From Pirellulales bacterium (GTDB lineage: Bacteria > Planctomycetota > Planctomycetia > Pirellulales > Thermoguttaceae): a stretch of DNA of 64,000 bases. The notes under the pieces were generated by a model, which saw only the letters and a list, made by a program, of their open reading frames with translations, had not been told where the DNA came from and did not search any database. The translations under genes were made by a program, and so were the position numbers. Shown one piece after another: positions 21,607 to 33,470 of this stretch. The stretch is from the NCBI GenBank assembly GCA_963844755.1, contig CAWJPM010000008.1, positions 69,788-133,787 of the forward strand, in the 5' to 3' direction. Positions within the stretch are counted from its first letter, which is position 1, and each line of letters opens with the position of its first letter.

Positions 21607-21981
21607 ATGTGGGATTTCATGGCTGTTACCAAGGCCTTGGCCGACGAAAACCGGGTCCGCATGCTGCTGGCCCTGCAGAAGCAAGAGCTTTGCCTATGCC
21701 AGCTCATCGAATTGGTAAAACTTGCCCCGTCTACGGTCTCAAAACACATGTCGATTCTTCGAGCAGCGCGCCTGGTCGATGCCCGCAAGGACGGCCGCTG
21801 GATGTATTACCGGTTGGCCGGGGCAAAATCTTCACCGATCGTCCAAAGGGTCATCGAGTGGGCGAGGAAATCGTTGGCCGACGATCCGCAAATAATCGGC
21901 GACGCGAAACGACTGGAACAAATTCTCAAAATGGACGCGCACAAATTGTGCGAAAGCCAATGTTCGCCTAAGGGACTCTAA
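21607..21981 (+). CDS. arsR: ArsR/SmtB family metalloregulator
   Basis: ALADENRVRMLLALQKQELCLCQLIELVKLAPSTVSKHMSILRAARLV. This shows the ELCxC metal site and the wHTH. I chose the start at ATG 21607 inside ORF 21487..21981. Confidence 0.85.
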   Translation: MWDFMAVTKALADENRVRMLLALQKQELCLCQLIELVKLAPSTVSKHMSILRAARLVDARKDGRWMYYRLAGAKSSPIVQRVIEWARKSLADDPQIIGDAKRLEQILKMDAHKLCESQCSPKGL

Positions 21982-22061
21982 CAAAACCTCCCCTCTCCCA
22001 TTGGGAGAGGGGCTAGGGGTGAGGGCGTCTTTGGATGTGTAGCAGGTTTTGTTGGAATTCC
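21972..22061 (+). repeat. ~90-nt REP/MITE-like element, copy 3, inside the arsR-arsC spacer
   Basis: gggactctaacaaaacctcccctctcccattgggagaggggctaggggtgagggcg...aggttttgttggaattcc. It overlaps the last codons of arsR. Confidence 0.8.
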
Positions 22062-22112
22062 TAAGTAAATCCGTTCCCTTAAAAAATAATTCCTCGCCCC
22101 ACATATACATGC

Positions 22113-22577
22113 ATGAATGATTCGACCACACAGTCCAAGAAACTAAAAATCCTTTTCTTATGCACCGGCAACTCGTGCCGCAGCCAGATGGCCGAGGCAT
22201 GGACGCGGGAACTGATCGGCGATCGCATCGAGGCCTATTCCGCGGGGATCGAAGCACGCGGTCTTGATCCGCACGCGGTTAAAGCCATGGCCGAGGCAGG
22301 GGTCAATATCGCCGGCCAAAAATCAAAGCGCATCGATGCGTTGCGGGACGTGGATTTCGATTACGTGGTAACAGTCTGCGACCACGCCCGGGAAAACTGC
22401 CCGGTATTTCCCGGCAAAGCCAAGGCCATTCATGCCGGCTTCGACGATCCGCCCCGTTTGGCGGCAGTCGCCCGAACTGAAGAGGAGCGCCTTGCCCCAT
22501 ATCGCCGCGTGCGGGATGAAATCCGAGAGTTCGTCAAAAATCTACCGAGTTTAATTGAGGAATGGTCTGTGCAATGA
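22113..22577 (+). CDS. arsC: arsenate reductase, low-molecular-weight phosphatase (thioredoxin-coupled) type
   Basis: [17 protein letters not shown]-loop (CX5R) with downstream Cys residues; 154 aa. Confidence 0.85.
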   Translation: MNDSTTQSKKLKILFLCTGNSCRSQMAEAWTRELIGDRIEAYSAGIEARGLDPHAVKAMAEAGVNIAGQKSKRIDALRDVDFDYVVTVCDHARENCPVFPGKAKAIHAGFDDPPRLAAVARTEEERLAPYRRVRDEIREFVKNLPSLIEEWSVQ

Positions 22578-23629
22578 GTGCAACCGCCGTAAAAAAACTA
22601 TCGTTTCTCGATCGCTATCTGACGCTGTGGATCTTTATTGCCATGGCGGCCGGCGTGGCGCTGGGGCGATTAGCGCCCGGTGTGGCGGCTCTGATCGACA
22701 GCTTCAAAATGGATAAGACCACGAGCATCCCCATTGCCGCCGGCCTGATCCTGATGATGTATCCGCCCTTGGCCAAGGTAAGATACGAAGAGTTGGGCGA
22801 CGTATTTCGCAATTGGAAGGTGCTGGGGCTCTCGCTGGTGCAGAATTGGGTGATCGGCCCGGTGCTGATGTTCGGCCTGGCCGTGATTTTCCTCCGCGGT
22901 GAGCCCGGCTATATGACGGGCCTGATCCTGGTGGGCCTGGCACGCTGTATTGCGATGGTCATCGTGTGGAACGATTTGGCCCGTGGCGATACTGAATATG
23001 CGGCCGGATTGGTGGCCTTTAACAGCATTTTTCAAGTTTTATTCTATAGTCTTTACGCTTACGTTTTCATCACCGTTTTGCCGCCGCTTATGGGGCTTAA
23101 GGGCGACGTGGTCGAAGTGACCATCGGCCAGATTGCCAAGAGCGTTTTCATTTATCTGGGCATCCCGTTCTTGGCCGGCATGATTACCCGGTTTGTCCTT
23201 GTAAAATGGCAAGGGCGAACGTGGTACGAGGAAAAGTTTATTCCCAAAATCAGCCCCATCACGCTGGTCGCATTGCTTTTTACGATCGTAGTGATGTTCA
23301 GCCTGCAAGGTGAAAAAATCGTGAACGAACCGCTGGACGTGCTGCAAATCGCCGTGCCGCTTTTGATATACTTTGTCGTAATGTTCCTGGTCAGTTTTTA
23401 TATGGGTCGCAAGATTGGCGCCACTTATGCCCAAACCGCGACCCTCTCTTTCACAGCGGCCAGCAATAATTTCGAGTTGGCGATTGCCGTGGCTGTGGCG
23501 GTTTTCGGCATGCAAAGCAATGTGGCCTTTGCCACGGTGATCGGCCCATTGGTCGAGGTTCCGGTGATGATCGGACTGGTGAACGTCGCGCTCTATTTCC
23601 AGCGGCGTTATTTTGGGCAATCTGAATAA
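22574..23629 (+). CDS. acr3: arsenite efflux permease, ACR3 family
   Basis: ATGA overlap with ars[15 protein letters not shown]...MMYPPLAKV...[10 protein letters not shown] is typical of Acr3; about 10 TM helices. Confidence 0.85.
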   Translation: MSATAVKKLSFLDRYLTLWIFIAMAAGVALGRLAPGVAALIDSFKMDKTTSIPIAAGLILMMYPPLAKVRYEELGDVFRNWKVLGLSLVQNWVIGPVLMFGLAVIFLRGEPGYMTGLILVGLARCIAMVIVWNDLARGDTEYAAGLVAFNSIFQVLFYSLYAYVFITVLPPLMGLKGDVVEVTIGQIAKSVFIYLGIPFLAGMITRFVLVKWQGRTWYEEKFIPKISPITLVALLFTIVVMFSLQGEKIVNEPLDVLQIAVPLLIYFVVMFLVSFYMGRKIGATYAQTATLSFTAASNNFELAIAVAVAVFGMQSNVAFATVIGPLVEVPVMIGLVNVALYFQRRYFGQSE

Positions 23630-23734
23630 GCTGGAAAAGAATTCATTCAAGTTGGATTTATAATCCGCTCTGGCGGCAATCGGCCTGCGACGATATACTC
23701 CGCGCGACTTTTCCTTGTCTTGGGCGCTATCGCT

Positions 23735-24525
23735 ATGTTCTTATCCTATCGAATGATAATATCGCTTGCCCGCCGGGCTATTTGTGCCGGGACTCTATTG
23801 GCAATCTGTCTTTTGCCGGCTCAAAGCGGGTGCGTCGAGCGGCGGATGACCGTGCGGACCAATCCGCCGGGGGCACTGGTTTACGTGGACGATTACGAGA
23901 TCGGCACCACGCCGGTTTCGACCGATTTCACGTATTACGGCACGCGGAAAATCCGCATAGTGAAAGACGGGTACGAAACGTTGACCGTGATGCAGCCGAT
24001 TCCGACGCCGTGGTATCAATTTCCGCCGGCCGATTTTATCACCGAGAATTTCGTGCCCGGCAAAATCCGCGATCAACGCATCCTCGATTACCAACTGAAG
24101 CCGCAGATGATCGTGCCGACCGATCAACTTCTTTCCAGGGCGGAGGGATTGCGGCACGCCAATTTGGTCGTTCCGGCAGGGGCCGTGGTGTCGCAGCCCA
24201 ACGGATTAGCGCCAATATCCAGCCCGGCGCCAAGGCCCCATAGTGCAACCGGGCACACCCAATGCCATGCCCGGCACTTTACCCGGTACAATGCCCGGCA
24301 CTAATCCGTATCCGCCTGCCAAATGCCTACCCGCAGCCGAATACTTCAATTCCACCAGGCACGTCTAATCAGCCCAATACATATCCGCAGCCGAACACTT
24401 CAATTCCACCGGGGAATTCCATACAGCCAAACGCTTTTTCACAGCCAAGTATGTTGACGCCGCCCAACTACAACCCTCCCCCGGATATCGGCGGCCAAGG
24501 CGTTCATCCGCTGCCGCCAAGGTGA
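23735..24525 (+). CDS. PEGA-domain lipoprotein with a Pro/Asn/Gln-rich repetitive C-terminal tail; frameshift(s) around 24200-24300
   Basis: Lipobox LLPAQSGC. The PEGA-like core is VRTNPPGALVYVDDYEIGTTP...IRIVKDGYE. The tail continues in ORF 24262..24525. Confidence 0.65.
24331..24438 (+). repeat. 2 x 54-nt tandem repeat encoding PQPNTSIPPG(T/N)S(N/I)QPN(T/A)(Y/F)
   Basis: ccgcagccgaatacttcaattccaccagg... and ccgcagccgaacacttcaattccaccggg... are directly adjacent. Confidence 0.8.
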
Positions 24526-24568
24526 AAAAAACAGGTAGTAGGTGGTAGGTAGTTCTAGTAGATTGACT

Positions 24569-24934
24569 CTACTCGTTTGGCAGTAATGATTTTGCCAATC
24601 CACGAATCAAGCGTCCAACTGTATCTGTCAAATCGCATAGTTGCGTTGTTGTTGCTTCAGTAAAATAGTTTAAACCTTTGCTAATCAATATTTGTGTTTC
24701 GAGTTCTCGAAGTGAACCCATTGCTATGGCCAAAAAATTGCGGAAATCACGTTTAGTGTTACGTCCTTGACCTTAAGCGATGTTAGAAGGAATTGATACC
24801 GCCGCCCTGCGCATTTGACTCATTAGCCCATAAACTTCTTCTTTAGGCAGGCTCTTTGTAGTACGGTAAATAAGCATTACCAACTCCATGGCTTTCTGCC
24901 ACGCAATAAGATCTCGATAATTCTTTCCAGCCAT
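24569..24934 (-). pseudogene. four-helix-bundle protein (23S rRNA intervening-sequence protein family) with an in-frame TAA at 24773-24775
   Basis: My translation is MAGKNYRDLIAWQKAMELVMLIYRTTKSLPKEEVYGLMSQMRRAAVSIPSNIA*GQGRNTKRDFRNFLAIAMGSLRELETQILISKGL... The family motif is SNIAEG, so GAA to TAA. It is absent from the ORF track because both halves are under 60 aa. Confidence 0.75.
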
Positions 24935-25010
24935 AGCAACTCCTTGGCTTCATATATACCAAACCAATAGTCAAATCCAAACTACATACTACCTACAACC
25001 TACCACCTAC

Positions 25011-26084
25011 TTATTTAATTCCCGCCCCTTTTTGCATGACGCCCTTTACGCCCAGCATTTCGGGATGCCGGGCGATTTTATCGGAGAAGACCCGGGCGTC
25101 GTCGACGATGGGTTTCAGTTCGCGGCTTACTTCGTCGATGTTTCTGGCCGCCCGGTTTATGTGCTGGTACAACTCGGGATTATTGACCAACTGGCCGATG
25201 GTGCCTTCGGAGCTGTTCAGGGCCTGGCTGAATTTGAGCATTTCGCTTACGAGTTTGTCGAGTCTTTCCGTGCCGCGGTCGAGGTTGTCGATAAGCGCTT
25301 CACCCCGTTCGCCCAAGGGTTTGGTGAATCCTTCCATATTTTGCAGGTTGCGATCCACCGCGGCCATGGTCTCGCGCATCTTGATGACCGTGTCGTGGGT
25401 GTCTTTGAGCATCTGCGGCATTTGCTGCATGGCCGAGCGGAGTTGATCCTGAGTTTCGCGGTCGCCGATTATATTTCTGGTGCTGGTCATGATGTCGTTG
25501 GCCTGATCCACTGCGTTACGAAATCCTTCGCGGTTTTGTTCGAGCACGGAATTCAGCGTATCCAAGGTAACGGTAAGTTTTCTGCTGGCTGTGCTCAAGT
25601 CGCTGCTGGTGCTTTGCACGGAGGATATGGTGCTGTCGAATTTCTCCTGGATATTTGCGATCAATTGGGTGGGCTCGGGAGAGTACACGCCATTGAGCTT
25701 GTCGCCGTTTTTCCAAAGTTCCGGCGAGATCGGTTCGTTGGGCGAGCGGACGAATTCCAACGAGGCGTCGCCCAGTAAATTCGTTAGCACGCGGCAGACT
25801 TCATTCTTGTGCAGGCTGTATTTATCCTGAATCGCCACGGTGACCTCCACCTTGGTGTCATCGTCGGCAAAGCGGACATTGGTAACCCGGCCGATAAGAA
25901 TGCCGCTTTTGCGCACGGGCGTGCCTTCGTTTACTCCCGGGGCCTGATAGAAAGTGATATAAAGTTTATATTCGCCGTGGATGATCTTGGGCATTTCGCC
26001 GAACATGGCGGTTAGTATGCCCAAGATGAGCAAGGTGGCAAAAACCATCAATCCCACGCGAAATTGCATTACTCGTTCGTCCAT
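25011..26084 (-). CDS. mlaD: MCE/MlaD family substrate-binding protein with a long helical C-terminal extension
   Basis: Intact 357-aa ORF with an N-terminal TM helix plus an MCE domain (YKLYITFYQAPGVNEGTPVRKSGILIGRV). Confidence 0.8.
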   Translation of the reverse strand: MDERVMQFRVGLMVFATLLILGILTAMFGEMPKIIHGEYKLYITFYQAPGVNEGTPVRKSGILIGRVTNVRFADDDTKVEVTVAIQDKYSLHKNEVCRVLTNLLGDASLEFVRSPNEPISPELWKNGDKLNGVYSPEPTQLIANIQEKFDSTISSVQSTSSDLSTASRKLTVTLDTLNSVLEQNREGFRNAVDQANDIMTSTRNIIGDRETQDQLRSAMQQMPQMLKDTHDTVIKMRETMAAVDRNLQNMEGFTKPLGERGEALIDNLDRGTERLDKLVSEMLKFSQALNSSEGTIGQLVNNPELYQHINRAARNIDEVSRELKPIVDDARVFSDKIARHPEMLGVKGVMQKGAGIK

Positions 26085-26087
26085 GAT

Positions 26088-26922
26088 TTATCTTCCATTT
26101 TGTTGGCGCATTTCCATCAGTCGTTCACCCGCCTCGCCGCGCACGAATTGGGTAACGCGGGGATCCGGGCAGCGTTCGATTTGGTTTGGGGGGCCGTCGT
26201 AAATAATTTGCGGCTCTTTTTCTTTTAAGCGCTCCAAGCGGATACATCATCACCACCCGATCGGCCGTTTTCTGCGCGGTGCGCATGTCGTGCGTGACGA
26301 TCACGCTGGTGACGGGATGACGCCGCCGCGTGCTGACGATCAACTCGTTGATCACGTCGCTCATGATCGGGTCCAGGCCCGTGGTCGGCTCGTCGTAAAG
26401 GATGATTTCCGGTTCCAGGGCCAGCGCCCGGGCCAATCCCACCCGCTTTCGCATTCCGCCGGAAAGCTCGGCCGGTTTTTTGCCCAGCACGTTTTCCGGC
26501 AGGCCGACTTCGGCCAGCCGAGCGGCAATTATGCGATGGATTTCCTCGCCGGTTTTATGAGTATGTTGGCGCATGGGGAAGGCGATGTTCTGGGCGATGG
26601 TCATGCTGTCGAACAAGGCCGCCTGCTGAAATAAAAAACCGAAACGGATCCGCTGCCCGGTAAGCTCTTTTTCTGGCATGGCGGCCAGGTTTTTGCCGTC
26701 GAAATACACCGCTCCCCGGCTGGGGCTCAGCAGGCCGATCATGGTTTTCAGTAGCACGGTCTTTCCGCAGCCGCTTTCGCCGATAATAGCCACGGTCTGC
26801 CCCCGCGAAATCGACATATTGATCCCGCGCAACACCCGGTGCCGTCCGAAATCGACGTCCAAGGAGTCGATTTGGACCAGGGGCTTGTTCGATTCGGTTG
26901 TGGGAAGCGAATTAGTGACCAT
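26088..26922 (-). CDS. mlaF: ABC transporter ATP-binding protein (MlaF-like); frameshift near 26233
   Basis: Walker A GESGCGKT, LSGGMRKRVGLARAL and ILYDEPTTGLDP. Removing one G at about 26233 restores ...YPLERLKEKEPQIIYDGPPNQIERCPDPRVTQFVRGEAGE... and a stop at 26088, 4 nt before mlaD. Confidence 0.85.
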
Positions 26923-27023
26923 TGTATATGAAGTTATAAGTTAGAAGTTTTAAGTTATAAGTGAAAAAGTGTCTGGCAATGCTTTTCCCTTTGAACTTAA
27001 AACTTATAACTGAAAACTTAATA

Positions 27024-27904
27024 CTAGCTCGTAATTTTCGGCGCCTCCGGCCAAAGGGTGTAGTAAATGCCGTCGAGGAATATGCCCAATAACAAGTTTA
27101 AAAGCATGATAATGACAAATGAAATGACAAAGGCCGACGTAGCGGCGCGGCCCACGCCCTCGGCGCCGGGTTCGCAATTAAAACCGCGATGGCAGCCGAT
27201 CAAGGCAATGGCTGCGCCGAAAAATAGGCTCTTGAATATGCCCGCAAACAGGTCGAAATGCCCGACAAAGCGCTGCGAGTTTTCCAGGTAATGATGCGAA
27301 TCGATGCCTAGAATATAAACCGAATAAAAATATCCGCCCGCCACGCCCATGGAATCGGCCACTATCGTCAGCGCGGGAATGAGCATCAAACAGGCCAGGA
27401 ACCGGGGAACCACCAGGTAATGGATGGGATTTGCGCCCATGCTGGCCATGGCATCGATCTGCTCGGTAACGCGCATGGTTCCCAACTCGGCGGCCATGGA
27501 ACTGCCTACCCGGCCGGCAAGCATCGTGGCGGCCAGCACCGGGCCCAATTCACGCACAAGGGACATATTAATCACTACACCCAACCTGGTCTCCATATTC
27601 ATCATGCGAAATTGCACGTAGGTTTGCACTGCCATTATCATGCCGATAAAAGTGCCCGTGATGGCCACCACCGGAAGGCTCAGCCGCCGATCTGATAGAA
27701 ATTCGGCAAAATGGTCTCACGCCGCGGCATGCGCGTAAACAGCCAGCCCAACATGCGATAACCGAACAGCGAAATGCTGCCCAAGCCGGCCATCCAATCA
27801 AGCATCATTTCGCCAAGGTCCGCGATCCAGTTGACAAACCATTGCATAAACCTGGCGGTGCGGGATTGGAACTTGGATTCGGGAATATTTGTTGCTGTTG
27901 CCAT
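27024..27904 (-). CDS. mlaE: ABC transporter permease (MlaE-like); frameshift near 27675
   Basis: ORF 27680..27904 (...ILPNFYQIG) joins ORF 27024..27671 (..[34 protein letters not shown]). Confidence 0.85.
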
Positions 27905-28423
27905 GGGAAGACTGTTTAATTCAATAACGACTCATTTTGCTAATTCAATTTATACAACCTATTTTTACAATCTTAGTGATGATGCAATAATACCTTTCCT
28001 TACTTCGTCGTTCCGAGTTTCCGGCTTGAGTAAAGTCTGCCGGTTATTACAAATGGGCATGATAGAGAATTTAAAGAAGAAGAATTGCAGTCAGTGGCAC
28101 TGGTGTTTCGCCAGTGTTGGCAACAATACATACAGGCAAGATGCCCGTACTACCGGTCGCGCATAAATAACCCCCCCGTGTATTCACCTTGTGGTTTACC
28201 ACAACAATACTTATACCGCTATGGTATTAAATAAACGGTTGCGGAGTTTAGGCACCGTTTTAACGCCCCAGGATCGCGGCTAAGAGGCTTTGACAATTAG
28301 GCTACAAAACTTGCCATGGATGACGGTGCTTGCCCTGGATAAGCGTACAGCTGGCCGGTGGACAAAGAAACAGATTGTAGATGACTTGGCGGGGCATTAG
28401 GGTAGAAATAAGGAGGATTTAAA

Positions 28424-28846
28424 ATGTGGAAAGCCTTTAGTATACTTATATTTCTTACATTGCCCGTCATAGGCTGCTCTCGTTTGCCAAAGGAAGCGGA
28501 AACATTTTTAAAAGAAGCGGAATCGGCTGCGACATTGCTCGATATGGGCCCTTCCAAAGAGGAATGGGCAGAAAAGGAAGCAAAACTTAAGGACCTTTTG
28601 ACACGCATTCCGATTGATGCGAAATGTTTTGATATTTGCAAAAATATTTCCCTTGATGTCTTTTTGGGCGGCCTCCAGAATCGTGAAAGAATAGAGGAAT
28701 TCCATAAGCGCAGTGAGTCGGCTACTAAGTCACACAAGAGCATCGTAGATATACCCGAAACGGTCGCTTCCCAAAGGACTGGCGTAGAACTTAAGCAGAC
28801 GAGCAAAAATATTCGAGAAGAAATAGAAAAAGCATGTAGTTTATAA
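28424..28846 (+). CDS. hypothetical lipoprotein, low GC
   Basis: Strong SD (AAGGAGG), signal peptide plus lipobox LPVIGC, helical Glu/Lys-rich body. Confidence 0.55.
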   Translation: MWKAFSILIFLTLPVIGCSRLPKEAETFLKEAESAATLLDMGPSKEEWAEKEAKLKDLLTRIPIDAKCFDICKNISLDVFLGGLQNRERIEEFHKRSESATKSHKSIVDIPETVASQRTGVELKQTSKNIREEIEKACSL

Positions 28847-28877
28847 ATTAAGGGGTAGAAATACGGAGAATGATTCT

Positions 28878-29234
28878 GTGCCATCAAACCAACCAACTAA
28901 AAACCCGGGTATTGCTGCCGTATTGGCTTTTCTTTTCCCGGGGGTCGGACAAATCTATAATGGGCAAATCAGTTCTGGCCTGGGCATAGCAATAGTTGTA
29001 GCATGCCTAACGGCTTGTGGGTTTTTTTTGTGGCCACTGCTGATTTTTCCTCTCATTATTTGGATAATCTCAATTTTTACTGCTTATGGAGATGCTGAAA
29101 AATATAACGAGAAAATAACTCAATCACCTCCCACGGCAATCGTTACTGACCCTGATGATTGGCAGAATCAGAACGTGGAGATGGATCCACAGCGGGCGGA
29201 GTGGGCAGCTCGGGCCGGGCGGAATATGCGATAG
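28878..29234 (+). CDS. small membrane protein with a TM2-like motif
   Basis: GIAAVLAFLFPGVGQIYNGQ followed by two further TM helices. GTG start. Confidence 0.5.
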   Translation: MPSNQPTKNPGIAAVLAFLFPGVGQIYNGQISSGLGIAIVVACLTACGFFLWPLLIFPLIIWIISIFTAYGDAEKYNEKITQSPPTAIVTDPDDWQNQNVEMDPQRAEWAARAGRNMR

Positions 29235-29329
29235 GGCCAGCAGCTATTTCACGTGAAATAACTTATAACCCGATGCTGGGAAATGCGGGGGGCTAAATAT
29301 TCATCGATCACAGATTTCTATTGCGGAAA

Positions 29330-31888
<2,559 letters not shown>

Positions 31889-31975
31889 TTTGCTATTCTC
31901 CGTGATCGTCTTTTCCTACTGACTTGCCCTGGATGCCAAAATGTCAGGTTAAGACAAAGTTTCACCCGGGATTCA

Positions 31976-32548
31976 TTATGACGCAATTGTCATGCCATTG
32001 GCATGTTTATCATTCAACTTATATTTAGCTTCGCTTAACAGGTCTCGTTCCCTTTGGATTTCCAACTCCCACTTTTCGGCCCCATCGAAGCAGATGAGTT
32101 GATCTAATTGCCTCGACGCCTCGTCGAACCGGCCGGTGTGCCTTAGCACGGTCGCCAACATCAGGCTCGCATCCAAGTCGCGGGGGTTTTCATTGAGCAT
32201 TTTATTCAGCACTCGCTCGACCTGGTAATAATCGCCTTTCAAATACAGGTCAACCGCTTGACCGAATGGGTTCTCGCACTTGCCCGCTTTGTCCTTTGCC
32301 GCATCGTGCCGCAATTTCATGGCGGAAACTATCGCCGCTATGCACCAAACTACCGCCAGCGATGCCCATAAAGTATTACGCAGGCCGGGAGTTATCAGTT
32401 CTGTCCAACCAAAGCTGCCCACCATCACCGCGCTGAGCAATGCAGCCGCAATAACAGCCACGCCCAGAGCCGACCAACTGCCACGCATCCAAATATGCGG
32501 AAGTCCAGGCCATACATATATCGCCCAAGGCTTTTTTCGCATGGCCAT
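31976..32548 (-). CDS. membrane-anchored TPR-like protein
   Basis: AGGAGG lies 5 nt before ATG 32548 (MAMRKKPWAIYVW...). There are two TM helices and then a TPR-like helical domain. The ORF-track extension to 32632 (MATQAWPWH...) just reads through palindromic word repeats. Confidence 0.6.
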   Translation of the reverse strand: MAMRKKPWAIYVWPGLPHIWMRGSWSALGVAVIAAALLSAVMVGSFGWTELITPGLRNTLWASLAVVWCIAAIVSAMKLRHDAAKDKAGKCENPFGQAVDLYLKGDYYQVERVLNKMLNENPRDLDASLMLATVLRHTGRFDEASRQLDQLICFDGAEKWELEIQRERDLLSEAKYKLNDKHANGMTIAS

Positions 32549-32830
32549 CGATCCTCCTTGAATTTTTCGCAACTTCACACTCTTCGGTGCCATAGCCAAC
32601 TTTCGGTGCCATGGCCACGCTTGCGTGGCCATGCCCCGGAGATTTTCCGAACTTCACATGCCCACAAAAGCGTGGGCATGGCACCCAACCTGGTCGTTTC
32701 CATATTGGAAAACCACTGGGGCATCGGCCAAGGAATTGTAACTTCTAAAATAGCCTGAATCAAGGCAACTAAAAGAACCACAGGGGGTTAGGATTGCAGA
32801 CACCCGTCGAATCTGCAAAACTAAAACGTT

Positions 32831-33318
32831 ATGCAGTACCAATTCTCTTCCGCTGCCGAACGAGCTTTGATTTACGCGGCCGGTTGCACCAGTCGTGCCG
32901 ATTACGCCGAGCTGGCCGCACCGGCCCTGCTTTTGGGATTATTGGCCGAATCGGAATGCCGGGCGGCATTAATGCTAGCAAAACACGGCGATAACCGCGG
33001 AATCCGTATATCAGCAATGGCCAAAATCTGCAAATATTACCACCTGATGGTGGTGTTCAGACTACTCTGCTGGGAATTATCACGCCCGAACTTGACCGAT
33101 CGCTTCAAATCGTCACCCAATTGGTGGCGGAATATATGAATCCCCCCATGTTGGAGACAGAACATCTGCTACTCGCGTTGCTGGCAGCCGAGGACGAACT
33201 GGCCCAATGGCTTAGCCAGCGGGGGGTACGATCAGCGGAAATCGAAGCCGATATCCGCAAACGCCATGGTTATCGAGAAGGGCCATTGCCCCTCGAAGCC
33301 GAGCCAATATCGAAATAG
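32831..33318 (+). CDS. Clp_N (Clp repeat) domain protein, frameshifted around 32990-33050
   Basis: Two Clp_N-like repeats: AAERALIYAA...PALLLGLLAE and LDRSLQIVTQLVAE...ETEHLLLALLAAE. ORFs 32831..33139 and 33121..33318 are joined through a third frame. Confidence 0.55.
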
Positions 33319-33336
33319 TGGACAGTGGGCAGATGG

Positions 33337-33470
33337 ATTGCAGATTGCAAGTTTCAAATTGCAAATTGTAGACCGCGAGCCGGAGGCGAGCAGTTGGCAG
33401 GGTTCAGGGATTCAGGGTTCAGGAGTTCAGGATTCAGACTTCGTCCCTCATCCTTCATCCCTCATCCTTC
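33337..33470 (+). repeat. low-complexity word-repeat block (ttgcaa words, then ggttcagg(g/a)a x4, then tccctcatccttca x2) abutting the thiE ATG
   Basis: Read directly: gcagattgcaagtttcaaattgcaaattg ... ggttcagggattcagggttcaggagttcaggattcag ... tccctcatccttcatccctcatccttcATG. Confidence 0.8.

Noticed and set aside
25032-25778. 248-aa plus-strand ORF
   Set aside because: It is antisense to the intact mlaD.
31976-32632. N-terminal extension MATQAWPWHRKLAMAPKSVKLRKIQGGS of the TPR protein
   Set aside because: It is encoded by GGCCACGC-ttgc-GCGTGGCC-type palindromic words. An AGGAGG site supports the internal ATG at 32548 instead.
33319-33470. TPP riboswitch upstream of thiE
   Set aside because: The spacer consists of word repeats. 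No CUGAGA / ACCUGAUCUGGAUAAUGCCAGCG-like boxes are seen.
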